A stretch of 62,751 bases of DNA, the filler included, from Choristocarpus tenellus KU-1152 (taxonomy: Eukaryota > Protista > Phaeophyceae), in the NCBI GenBank assembly GCA_964200185.2. It is 13 parts of 13 records of this genome, joined end to end, with 100 filler letters (N's around TTAATTAATTAA, not from the genome) between each part and the next. Parts side by side here need not be neighbours in the genome. Positions count along the whole stretch, not along the records: positions 13,656 to 22,175 come from CAXNAD020004625.1; positions 22,276 to 25,471 come from CAXNAD020021624.1; positions 25,572 to 31,369 come from CAXNAD020009728.1; 10 more parts are not named here. One strand, given 5' to 3'. The number at the start of each line of letters is the position of its first letter. Positions within the stretch are counted from its first letter, which is position 1. The notes below the pieces were generated by a model, which saw nothing but the letters and a program-made list of their open reading frames with translations, was not told where the DNA came from and ran no database searches. The position numbers and the translations under genes are program-made. Positions 13,703 through 26,130 of this stretch are shown piece by piece.

Positions 13703-15418
13703 GTGAGGGGGGGGGGGCGAGATGATGTTGTGCAAGCCGTTCACCAAGCGGTGGGCTTTGTTTATAATGTCAATTCAGGTGCTGACCTGGCCCCTGCTGT
13801 GAGGGCAACGCTGGTCTTAATTCGCATGCTGATCGCAATGCTGTACAGTATTATGGGGGCTCGGGAAGCACGGGAGGCTATGATTGGTGCAGTAGCAGCA
13901 GACTATGGCAAGCTCCCAGAAGCACACAACGCTTTGCCTCAAGTGGTTGGACTTATGGGGCAGTGGGCACAGTGTGCACAACTTGGGGAGTATCAACGCC
14001 ATGCCCTTGTAGCCGTCCTAAAAGGTCTTGCTTCATACGAGCGAGCTGCCCAGAGCTGGAACGCGCAGCAGCCCCAGCAGGGGCCATCCCAGACTAGGGG
14101 TATTTATGAACAGCCCAACCAAGCGCACACAGTGCCTGCAGGTGCTGCTGGGCAATTTCCTGTCCCAGGAGAGAGGGAGAAGCCTGAAGTACCTAGCACC
14201 ACTGCAATGCATGCCAGCAGTCCACTCCTTCGCACAGTAACTCAGCAGAACTCAGTCCAGCCAGATAGTCCGCAGGGGGTTGGTGGTGGGATTGATTCAA
14301 AGAGTGGGCTATATCCCCTAACAAAAGAGCAACGACTCGTGGTGCAGATGCCGAGTGGATCGTGGTCTCCTGGAATTGATAAGCCTGGCCTTCAGAAATC
14401 AGAGAAAAGGGGAGGTACAGGGAAGGGGGAGCGAAAATCTGGGAAAGGGAAAGGGAAGGGAAAGGGCTCAAAGGGAACGAAAGCAGTCCCAGAAGCGCGG
14501 GGTGCCATGACAACTCAAAAACATGCTTCTGTCTCTCTTCCAGAGGCTCGTTCAGATCAGGGCATAGGACCTTTGTTGCTAGGAGACTACAAGGTGCCGG
14601 ATGAGCAACAGGTGGAGGATAGCACTATTATGGATGCCTCACAATCTTTGGAGGAGGCTCTGGTGGTTGATGGCCCAGGAGGGGTTGTCTATGATGATTT
14701 CCTTGCCGAGCTAGATGATGTACTGGGAGAAGAGTATGCTATACTTGAGCAGGTATGAAAGTTGATACCTTTTCATTGTAGATCTACAGCTCTGTTGGAC
14801 TTTTGATGTAATCATCCATTAGATCATTGTAGCAATTTTCACTGACTTCATAAGAATGAGGTGGTAGATTTCCTTCTTTTGGTCCACCTGGAGTTTTTAC
14901 TGATTGCATGCCCTGTTACTGTTACATAATCTCTCAACTACCTTGTTCCCACCTGGGTGTCGCTCTAATCTTTGTCCTGCATCTAGGGACTTGGGAACCT
15001 GGACAAGCCTGAGGCACCGAAGGATGGGCAAATATCAGCTGATCCGGAAACTCTAGGCACTGACCAGGAAAAAGATAACTCCCTCCCTGCTGTCCTGGCT
15101 ACACCAACTCAACCACAACAACTAACTACAGATACAGAGGGAGGGCGGAAGTTGTCAAGGTTGGGTATGAAGAGGGGCGTTTCTGGAGGTAAGGCATCAT
15201 TCCTTGAGACGAGAAAGCTGAAGGAGGGTGATGAGGAGGCTGATGGTGAGGAGACAGAGAATGGAAAAATATTAGAGGAAGGCACAGTCATCAAAGGTGC
15301 ACGTTACAGCCGCAGTGCCCCACAGCCAAAGCTCCAGCGCGGTCCAGCTGTGGATGAGGGATTATTGAATAGCCTGACCGAGGCCATGGGAGGGCACCAG
15401 CGTGTATGGGTGTACTGA
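13703..15418 (+). CDS. Hypothetical two-exon coding region, low complexity; possibly TE-associated or pseudogenised
   Basis: 351-aa ORF ending at a donor-like CAG|GTATGA (~14752). Acceptor-like CTAG at ~14986 is followed by an open frame to 15418. No recognisable domain. Confidence 0.45.
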
Positions 15419-16429
15419 AAGGTTTGCAGCTAGGTATTATGCCAAGGATGAAGTTGCACCATGACCGGGTGCGCTACACGCATTAAAAGGATGGTCTTGT
15501 TTGCGAGATTGTGTGGATGGGTATGTCAGAACCTTGTCCTGGTAAAGTATTATATTGCATGGAAGATTGAAAGCTGAAGGTGCGTAGGGGCCTTGCTAAT
15601 AGTCATTTTAATATTTGTAATGCAGCTTGGGCGCTAGCCTTTTGATTGCCTTACTCTGATACATGTTGCAAATTTATTTGTTGCTCCTACAAAAATGGAC
15701 TGGTGGCAATGATGATTGATTTATGTGAAGGTGTGAATGGTGTGTTGAATAGTTGAAGTTGGATTTGATTGTGGTAGGAATTTGTGCTTCTCATTTCTTG
15801 GTTGTGCCAGCTCGGGAGTTTAAAATGCTTCTCTCATTGATAAAATGTATCCACTCTGTGTGTGTAAGATGTTTTTTCGTGATATGTGTTTGTGTTGTTC
15901 TACTTGATACCTGATTCTCCTACGACACCTGGCCCATAGTCCATCATGAAAACAGGGAGATTGTGCTGCCGTGTGATGGATAGATACACTGGTAAATGGC
16001 TGCTGCTCTTGGTCCTGTTTGATGTTTAGAACGGTAAAGTGTAGAACATTTCAGCACCAAGTAGCTGTGTTGTAGAAGAGGTAGTATCGATGAGTGGTGA
16101 GGAATCTCACCAGTAGTAGTATCTTAGAATCCTCTCCTTGAGATGTTTTTGCTGTGTTGCACAAGGGCTTTTGCTGATACTTCTATAGTTGAGATGCCCT
16201 TGAAATGGAGACCCATCCCTTGTATTGTTACATTTTGTTTCAAGGCTGATGGAGCCATGGGGGTTGGCTCAGCATGGGCTTCCATTGTTGTGTAGAAATG
16301 TGATGTTATGGTGTTGTGTTCCTCTTCCACCCTTTCTGTCTGCGACTGGCTGGCTGTGTGAGGGCATTGATGGCCACAAGTTTTTATAAGAAGTGCTGAA
16401 CAAAACATCTCTTTAGTATTCCAGACGGG

Positions 16430-18740
16430 AAATGACTACCGTGACGTGCTCTGAAGGTAGATGTGCAGTGTCAATCCATGGTGAGGGACCGGGTCCAATT
16501 GCACATACTCGATACGTTGTATGAATTGTGTTGAAACATGAGGAATTTGTTCATCTGTGCAGCGGTAGTACAACATGCACTGTCTGCAACACCTCAATGC
16601 CCACTCCATAGAGATTGGAGGCATACGTGAAAATGCTAAAGGTTCAATGCTCTTTGATTTGATACAACTGTGCTGTAGTAATAATAAAATAATATGCTTG
16701 TTGAGGTTAGGATTTACTGTTTTCTTAAAAAACCATTTACAGGAACTCTCCTTAAGTTTGTCCGGTTTTGTGGCACTTCTCTTTTTGCCTTTGTTCAAGG
16801 TACCCTTCGGTTTGAACCTCTGTTACCCTTCAATGTTTTTGAAATATACTTCTGTGCTGGACACAAATGAATGTGCATTTTTTGACTTCCATTAAGCTTG
16901 GCAAAATTACTACGCACCTGTGAAATACTCCATTCCATGCATCCAAACATTTCACTTTTGTTAGGCAAGCCACTAGTGTTTCGTGTGGCACAGTTCTAGC
17001 AGGGTGTTGCCTTGAATTGTGGAGTACTAATTTTTGGTTCTGGTTTGAGAAAGAAGATTGTCATTTGGGATGAGGAACTGCCAAATTGGAATCCCAACTC
17101 TCTACATGCAATGGCTATGATAGCAATGCAAGGGTGCCCAAGACTGCCTTCAGAAAAAATGTGCTTGGCACTAAACTTTACACCTGGTTGCTCCCCCTGC
17201 ACAAGTCGAAACCGAAGAGTCAGGAGATTTCTGTGAAAGAGACTGTGAAAATGTTTTTGTGTGTAGCCTTGTTCGCAGAACATTGAAACATGTTGTCTAC
17301 CACGGTGTGCCTAGTCCTTTGCACCAGTGCATCGACTTTGTAGTTTTTGAGGTTTGTTTAAGGCATAGCAGGTAGTGGGCAGAGTTCCAGTTCAAACACG
17401 TAATTTGAACTATGGTGTCAAGTAATCTGCCTTTGACGGTGAAATCATCCCTCTGATATTGTGCCGTGCCAATGGGAGCCCATCCCGGATTGCAGAACCA
17501 CCCCCCTTATTGAGAGGGCCAGAAATTCGTGGAGGAATCATGTGGTGAAATTTACCCGTTAATATGCCCTAACGTTTTTCTGCCTGACCTACGTTGCACA
17601 GATTGCGGCTGACATAGGCATAAGTTAGGGCACTTTAATGGACGCATTCCCACGTGATTCCTTTGTGCGTTTCTGGCTCCCTTAATAGGGTGGAGGTGAT
17701 TCCCAAAGGGGAGCAACTCCCATGCGCATGGCAATTGCATGGTGTGATATTTGAAGAGCATTGACTATGAATCTGTAGATATTTTTTCTAATAGTAGTAG
17801 TAGAAGCAGCAGTAGTAGAAATAGACCTAATTGTTCCCATTTTGGACAGTCCTACCGCTACTGGAGGCCAACGTATTACCTTGTATTTGCCCAATTTATC
17901 AAATGTCGGGAAAAACGTTTACTACTACGTGGTGTCCACTATCCATCACGGGTCCAAAATGGCACTTTCAAGGCACTCCAAGTGCTTCAATGTGGAGACA
18001 CTAGCTAGGTTGGTGGGTGAGGCGGGGCTTGACTGACTCACGGGATTCTTCCTAGTTTCTAGGTCGCCTTCAATTTGCTTGACAGTCTAGAAGGGTTTTC
18101 ACCTGTGCGTGTCATTGCACGTTTCTTGGTTGTTTCAGATAAAGTGCAGTATCACAAGTTCCTACAATACTACTTGCGGATGGAGTTGTTTCTTGTTTTC
18201 AAATGTACTGCCAATATAGGCGGTATATTGGAAGGCTGATACATTGTAAACAATAGTCACTCTGTTTTTTTTGTGTTTGTTTTATTCTGTGCCTTGTGGG
18301 TTGCTTCGTCCACTCCATGGCATCTCCTACAAAGTGCAAGTAGCCATAAATAAGTACTACAGGATATATTAGTTGTTTGATGTATAGGGTACTGTTTTTG
18401 TGTATAGGTTTGCTGAGCACTCATGTATGTTGTTTCTTCCCCAACCCATGATAATATCTGCAAATAGTCATTGGTCACAAAGAGTACTTCAAATGTATCC
18501 TCTGCCTGGACTTGAGAGGAGCATGTTGATCCGGAGGTATTGTACTACTGTTGCGTACAATGGACTGTTTGGCATTGAGAGCAAGTTCAAAACATGCCCG
18601 CAATATGTGTACATACGTTGGAGGCCATCAAGGGCCAACTCCTACCAATATATGTGTCCAGCAGCATACCTTGTGGCCCATGCACTATTGGTTTTTGGTT
18701 CCCACATCGCTATGGTAAGCTATGAGTCTAAGTATCTGTG
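16430..18740 (-). pseudogene. Possible highly decayed CACTA/Plavaka-like transposase
   Basis: Frameshifted peptide fragments occur in a plausible order: FHHMIP..(HEFL)..GVV (~17500-17550), LPTTCYALNKPQK (~17345-17385), ISTPQF (~17015) and GLPNKSEMFGCMEWSISQVRSNFAKLNG (~16885-16975). These recall CACTA-type PxDxLH..GV, ACYxL, TPKxH and GP...MER motifs. Weak pattern match only. Confidence 0.3.
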
Positions 18741-19812
18741 AGGGTGCTGCTGCTAAGTTTTAAGGGCCCCTCTGGCTTCCTGGTGACACAAGGTTTCGGA
18801 GTACACAGTCGTTATAGCTGTGGAGTGCATTTCGTCTTGTTTGTGATTACATTCAGTTTATAGAAGCATGCCATTCCTTACTGAAGCCCTTCTTTGAATG
18901 GCTTAATCCTCTTGTTGAAAACAAGGTTTAATTTAAAAAAAAATTAAATATCAACATGACCAAAACACTGACCCCTCCCTCTAAGTTATTTTCAATTCTA
19001 TGCTCAATTATGATGAGTGCACACATTGTAAAATCCGCAGTGGGACTTGGCGATATTATCACTCAATGCATTTTTTGGTTTTGTACTGGTGTAGCATGCA
19101 ATATGCACAAGACCAAGGACATTTCCCTCTTTCGAGGTCATATTCTATATCTCAAATGCCTGACTTGAGAGCGCAATAGTCCACTCCCTGGGATCTCTCT
19201 GATGGCAATATTGTGGGGTTCCTTTCAAGGTTATTTTATTTTGTATATCCCTCGTTAACACAACAGTAAGAATGTTCACAGCGGTTTCCACCTGCATGTA
19301 TTTTACTTACCCAGTTGTTGCTCCCCTTCTGCGTGCTATAATAAACATTACACCACGTCATTGATGTTGTGTGCGTTTGATTCGGTTGGAGTTGATGTTT
19401 GTCTCACTAACCTTGTCACCAATTTTTTCAATTGGTGATAACATTTTTCCCATCAACTCTAAAACTTCCCTCAAGAAAAACTCACTCCAATCCATGAACA
19501 AGTCAATTCACTGACAATACCAGAAAATAAAAATGATTTCTGCATAAGCATATTGAGCATTTTTTGTGATGTCTCGAGTATCAGGCTGGAAGAGCAAGGT
19601 GAAAGTCTGTAGGCTGACTTCTAACGCCTCTACGATGTGGATCAAAGTAGAGGTCTGCCTGGCTATTGAAACCAGTAATGTACGTATCGCTCCTTTTCTG
19701 TGCTGCAGAGGAGGCGGGCTGCACTAGCACTAATTTTGCACAGGGATATATTCGCCTGGTTCAATGCTTCTTGCTCTTGCCATCCATTTTTACCTACTGG
19801 GGCCATCCCTAT

Positions 19813-21760
19813 TTAGAGGACAGAAGCCAGCAACTCTGACCTGCGGAGATTTCTCTCTTTTGTAAAAAAGGCAGAGTCGTCTGAGTCAGATCCTGAGTCC
19901 GGATCAGACCCCAATGGCCCCCTCTCTACCTTTTTTTCATAGTTCTTCTTCATATAATTGCTGTGCCCAACATGATCCCCAAGTGTGGAGTTCAAATGTT
20001 GTCTGGGTTCCCTTCGCCCGAGACTCTCATATACACTTTGGGAAGACTTGCCACAGTTTGCCTCACTGTCGTCTGGTTTGGCTTGTTGGTTGATCTCAGG
20101 AGTAGACTGGCCAAGACTAGTGTGAGCTCTCGGTAAGAAGGGAGGGGTCAACCTTGTAGGAGGTGCACACCTTGACTCGAGTTCATGTTCTGAACCTTCA
20201 TCAATGGTCCTCAACGGAGGCTCTGTCAAGGATTTAGGTAGATGCTTTGCCTCATGTGATTCCTCATCAATGCTTGAAACACTACAACATATTTCTGTGG
20301 GCTCTATCCATTCCCTGTCACCCTTGCGAGGGGTGGACACAGCTGGTTCAGTGGAGGTCACATTTTCAATCTGACACTCAGGTAGGCACACATTAGTCTG
20401 AAGTTTGTCCATCACTTCAGATTCCTCTGCAGCACGATCAAGCACGTCAAGGACCCATGAAAGCTCTGACTTGTTCCCCTCTACGCAGTTGATGCTCTGA
20501 CCTGGAGGATTAATGATGTCAGGATTCTGCACATCATTGGGGTTGGAGAGACAGACGGGGACAGAAAGCTTATGCGGGGCACGCGATGAATTGTATCAAT
20601 TGCTAGCTATCTTTGGCTGATTCTCCTCTTCCATACTTTGTAGATTTCTGAACCCAACATTTCTTGAAAATCTGAATGTCCGAGCAATTTTTATCAGGTA
20701 GATATTGGGTAGCTTGGAAGGAGTTTGAACTGATGTACCCTAACTATGACTGAGCTGGGTAGGTTGTGTTTTTACAATAAAGAGAGTGAAATTATCTTAG
20801 AGGATATGAGCTTTACCCTGTTTGTCCGTTTAGGGCTTGGCTTTCCAAGGGGTTTTTTATGACGTTTTTCTACTCCAAAATGGTTCGGATTAGGTAAAAT
20901 GTATGCATTATGAAAAGTTGTGTCTGAACAAGGATATTTGACGCTTCCTAACAAACACGATAGCCAAAATTACATCAAAATTGCAACATTGGATTTTGGC
21001 CTCCAAATGGACGCGGCTCTATCGTCTAAGATACTTTGGCTTAGAGGTCTAGCCCTAAAACACAAGGGGATTGCACTGTAGAGATCTATTGTGTCACGAA
21101 GTTTCTCTGTAGCATTGCATATCATCTCAAATTTTCTCTCTAGGTCTCTGGTCACCATTGTTATATTGATATACTCTTCCTATAGGCAGCTAAATCATGA
21201 GTAAACCATGATTCCTGAAAGGTGCCTCAATATGTGATAGTTTTGCCAATGTGCGTGGTACTGAAGAAGGCTGGCTAAGAAAAAAAAGGTTAGATTAAAG
21301 TTATTTGAGGAGTCCCCATTTCATTCCACCTTGGGTCAGATTGTCAAAACAGAGTAGCTCAAACAGGTTTGGGCAGATTTCATATATACTGTATGTTCAA
21401 TCTGACTGGGTTGAACCAACTTCATACATAGCTCTACAGTGCATTTTTTGCAAGACAAGTTGATGCCAACCTTTGTGTGTGGTGCAATAAGGGATCACCT
21501 CTAGTTCCTCAAGGATCTTGTTTAACTCATCCGCGTCAATCCCCAGATTTAGTTGCACTTCGGTTAGTGGCTCCTCCACCAATGTTGAGGAGTTCTCCAC
21601 TGAGGCGAAGGGTGCACAGCTGGCTAGAGGATCCTCTCCTTGGCTATCCTCGCTTCCTGGAAGGGTCCGCTGTCTCAGGGCTTCACGCTGGGAAACAAGG
21701 TCTTGCCTTTCCTAGATGGGTGCATCAGGTGGAATACTACAGTGATTGTTTTTTCTTGCT
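19813..21760 (-). CDS. Hypothetical acidic/Ser-rich coding segments, probably decayed
   Basis: 239-aa ORF at 19813-20532 plus an open segment at 21397-21700, separated by sequence containing MITE A copy 5. No domain recognised. Confidence 0.3.
20784..21042 (-). mobile_element. MITE family A, copy 5
   Basis: GAGTGAAATTATCTTAGAGG...TCTAAGATACTTTGGCTT, with a full family A interior. TSD not clean. Confidence 0.9.
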
Positions 21761-22066
21761 CGAGAAATACCATGTCGGCGGTGGATGAAGTCGAAACACG
21801 CCACTGTATTGTAGTATATTGTTTGCAAACGCTCAAGCAGTTTGGAGTTCAGAGAAAGGCAAGCTTCAGGCTATGCATAGTATCCGACTAAATATTGCAA
21901 ACTTGGAAGGAACTGGGGACAAGTGGGTGTACATTTCATATGTGCTTAGGAAGGTGAACCAAGCAGATACATAGCATACTCCTGAGATCAAGAAAAAATT
22001 GTGAACTGACCCAAAGTAAACCAGAGGTAACCAAGTTTTTGCCATTTTGCATTTGGGTCAACGTAT

Positions 22067-22099
<33 letters not shown>

Positions 22100-22275
22100 G
22101 TTTTTTTTTTTTTTTGGGGGGGGGGGGGGGGGCGGGGGGGGGGGAAAAGAAAAAAAAAAAAAAGGGTGGTTAGAGNNNNNNNNNNNNNNNNNNNNNNNNN
22201 NNNNNNNNNNNNNNNNNNNTTAATTAATTAANNNNNNNNNNNNNNNNNNNNNNNNNNNNNNNNNNNNNNNNNNNN

Positions 22276-22318
22276 CCCCAAATGGACAGCTGCCACCCCC
22301 TCCCAGATACTTTGAGCC
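22276..22318 (-). mobile_element. MITE family B, copy 2 (one end only, at contig start)
   Basis: CCCCAAATGGACAGCTGCCACCCCCTCCCAGATACTTTGAGCC. Confidence 0.8.
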
Positions 22319-23350
22319 TAAGCACGTACGCAAAGCATTAAAACACTAATTTAAAATCACCTTTCGATTAATGGAAGCAACGATTGTAGAGGCATCTTTT
22401 GTTGACAGGCTGTTGAATCTGAACATTTCTTCTTTGAGATCACTCCTCACTGAGTTTTCAGGGGCCCTTTGCCATCGTCGTTGATGTCAGAACCTCCGTA
22501 TGAACTGTATATAAACAAGCGCGCCAATGCCCCTAATTGACTGCTCATAACAGATATGAATTCGTCCTAACGTTTTGGCGGTGGTGGGCAGGGGAAAATA
22601 AGCTTTCAGACAATATTTCTTACGCTTGAATGTGAAAGTGTACATATCTAGGCAACACACTCTTGTTCATCATTTTTTTTTAGTCCATCTCAACAGACGA
22701 AGTGTTTTAGCGTATACTACTTACTCCACATGTACAGTGTGGTGCTGTGTCATCTCACCAATCAGAACCTGGTCCATGTCCATGGACCATTGCCTCCGTA
22801 GTTGCATTGATTGAACTCGTTGCACAACATGTCCAGTGCATCCAGGTGTTGTCCCTCCTCCAGGTACCTCAGCACATTTGTCCCTATCAATGACTTGCGT
22901 CTTTTATGGATTCAACATTTCGTACAAATTTCTGTTGTTGGCCATTGCTCTGCAGTGGAGAGAGGATACACAATCAGTTATTACTGGTACGATTGGATGC
23001 TTAATGTGTTGTATGGACTTGCCTGAGTACTCAAGACACGGTGCTTGTGAATTGGAAGACTAAGCGACTATTCTTACTGCTTCAGACAACGCGACTCGTC
23101 AATGATAACATCCCTGTGCGCGACCTTGCTGAGAGAGTTGATGTTTTTTCAAATCTTCGTAACCACTTCGAACAATTTGTCTGCAGGAATGTAGAAGAAA
23201 GAGTATTTGAAGTAAGGAGGCAGCCTCTCCTTCCTCCATCGGGAGTCCGCCAACTTGATTATGGTCACACGTTTGTCTGCCACCACCATGGTAACCCTCA
23301 TTGTGCAGTTCCCAATGCCACAAGTTCCATAATAAAGTAGGACAGGTTTA

Positions 23351-23613
23351 GAGTCAAAAAGTATCTTAGAAGGTAGAGCCGTGTCCGTTTGGGGGCCAAA
23401 TCCAATGTTGCGATGTTGATATGATTTTGGCTATCATCGTGTTTGTTAGGAAGTGTCAATATCCTTGTTCCAGACACACCTTTCCATAACGTATGCATTT
23501 TACCTACTCTGAAATGTTTCAGAGTAGGTAAAAGGTCATAAAAACCCCGTGAGAAGCCAAGCCCCAAATGGACAAACAGGGCAAAACTCGTGCCCTCTAA
23601 GATACATTTACTA
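23351..23613 (+). mobile_element. MITE family A, copy 6
   Basis: GAGTCAAAAAGTATCTTAGAAGGTA...TGCCCTCTAAGATACATTTACTA. Flanks TTTA/TCTA (one mismatch). Confidence 0.9.
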
Positions 23614-25414
23614 TCTATTACTAAGCACAACATACGCAAACCTGCTATGTATGGCTATTCTCCAATCCTGCCCTGTTCTTCTGCAGTAATTGCTGCACCT
23701 ACACACAGTAATGAATGTTTCACACATCATGTCCATAGCCTGTCCTATAGAGTCCGCTAAATGTATCTGCGACGCATCACTATTTTTAATCTCATGCTCT
23801 GTATACAGTTCATCAACAAGCTCATGAATGTGTGCAAGGATATGAACAAGCTAATGTCTCATGTGAATCTGTATCCTCATGGATGGTTGAAGTTGAAAAC
23901 ATATATTTCGATCGACTTTGGTGGAGGACCAAAGACGGTGACCCCATTGGTGGTGTCATTTATTGCTCAGGGGTTGCAGTGCAAGAGGGGGACACATATC
24001 CAGGACACAGCAACATTCAAGCTCCAAAAACTATGATACCACTTCATCTCACCTTCTACTCACAAACAATAACCAATATGTCACTTCATCATTCATTATT
24101 TCCTTCATCTTTCCCCAATAACTTCAACGACAGGGCCTGGCCCACACAGGGTATTAGAGTGTTGATTGGAGACGTGCAGGACCCCCCTCCTTGTACGACA
24201 AGTATTGGAAACGCTTAGAAATCCTTCCTGAAGATCTCAACCCCAAAATTTGGCCCATATTTTGATGTTAATAGTGTGCCTAATGTTCTTCATTTCACCA
24301 TGAATATATCATTGTCACCAGAGGTATTTATGGAGGTTGAGTTGAACGTTTCTCCTTGATTGAGGATCATTTCCTGTGAGGGTCCTGTCCCTTCGCCACA
24401 AATACACCAATGTATGGTTCATTCTAATTTTTCGACGAAGTGAGAAAGAATACTCTAAACCATGAAATGATGTCGGACTGTGTATTAGAGAAAAAGCTAT
24501 GCAAGATCACCATAATATATTCTGGGCTTTTCATTGGGCCGGGCAGTTGCATGTCCACTGCCGGCCATATTGAAACGATCAATGGCCACGAATCCGGTCA
24601 TCTTCGAACTTGGCTATACATGTCTGGTGGCGGCCCTGGTCATGTTGAGTAAGCGATGGCCATGGACTCGGCCATGTTGAAACATTTTATCTATGGTCAT
24701 CCAGGATGTATTTTTTTACACTCGTGGCCACGTCATGATTATCCCTCCAATTTTATATTCTACCACTCTTCTTGAATATTGTATCCTAAATTTCAAATTT
24801 CTACTGTAATACAGTAATAACTATATTTTACATAGTGAAATTTCTGTAATATTTCATATTGTTTTATTTAGGATATATTAATGAAGTTGTGAATTCAATA
24901 CAAATATATTGTTTAGTGTTTGTAGTGATTTGTGTTGTGTGTGTCTGAATGTCTCACATCCACGCTTGTTCAACGTCATGAACACGGTCTAGACATTCCA
25001 GAAAAAAATGAACTGATGGGACGCCTATGGTCCAGACATTCCAGAAAAAAAGTTAGACTGCCCAGTTGGTGGATATGGATTGGTACAATACTCTGTGTAC
25101 ATGGTCCGGACATGTCAGGTAATGTTTGACTCGGTCTGGCCGACAGATATGGACTGGTTCAATACCTAGTGGACATGGACTGGGACATGGTTAAATGATG
25201 TAGGACCGATGTAGCTGGTCGGGACTTGTAGTTTGTTAGCCCTGTGAAAAGTCCTGTAAATATTCGATATAATGTGAGCAGGTTTGTTTGTTGTTATACA
25301 GTTATTATTGGTGTATGCCATACACCATTGCACTGATTGAGGTTATTTTCTGAGAACTTCGGTTCAATGATGTGGAGGACCTTCGGAGGGGTAGATTGCC
25401 CTGTGTTTCCTAAT

Positions 25415-25471
25415 GGCTCAAAATATCTAGGGGGGGGGTGGCGGCTGTCCATTTGGGGTCAATTTTTTCAT
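25415..25471 (+). mobile_element. MITE family B, copy 3 (cut by contig end)
   Basis: GGCTCAAAATATCTAGGGGGGGGGTGGCGGCTGTCCATTTGGGG. Confidence 0.8.
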
Positions 25472-25580
25472 NNNNNNNNNNNNNNNNNNNNNNNNNNNNN
25501 NNNNNNNNNNNNNNNTTAATTAATTAANNNNNNNNNNNNNNNNNNNNNNNNNNNNNNNNNNNNNNNNNNNNTTTGATTCA

Positions 25581-25762
25581 TTCTCAAATTATCTGGTGGG
25601 GGGGTGTGGCGGCTGTCCATTTGGGGCCAATTTTTTCATGTCGCGATTTTTGGGTGATTTGGTTCCATACGTCGGATGGATAATGAAAGTGCACGTTTCC
25701 TGGTTTTGGCCCAAATGGACACCCTGCTGTGGACTCCCCTCCCCCCCCAGATACTTTGGGTC
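25581..25762 (+). mobile_element. MITE family B, copy 4 (complete, ~182 bp)
   Basis: TTCTCAAATTATCTGG...CCAGATACTTTGGGTC. Perfect 4-bp TSD TTCA. Confidence 0.88.
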
Positions 25763-26130
25763 TTCAGTTGTTGTGAAAGAAACCGATGGTGGAATGTACT
25801 TCTGACAATATACCATCATCATTGGTATATGTGAACTTTGACGGTATATATGATGAAGTCATACTAATCCACCTAAATCCCTAATATCTGGTTGGCAGAA
25901 ATCTCCCGATTTGGTCTCAAAATCGTCGGCCAGTAGATTTTTTGGCTACATGTAGTACCCTGCCCAAGAGCATTGTTCATGCCAAATCGGAAGTCCAAAT
26001 GTACAGTGGACTATAGTTGTTTGTCACATAGAACCAACAGGATGTGTTTGCAACGGCAACATGTCTTCACCCCCAAAGGAAAATGCACTAGAGTAGCACC
26101 TACTTGGAACCAGTAGGGACGCCCTCTCAC

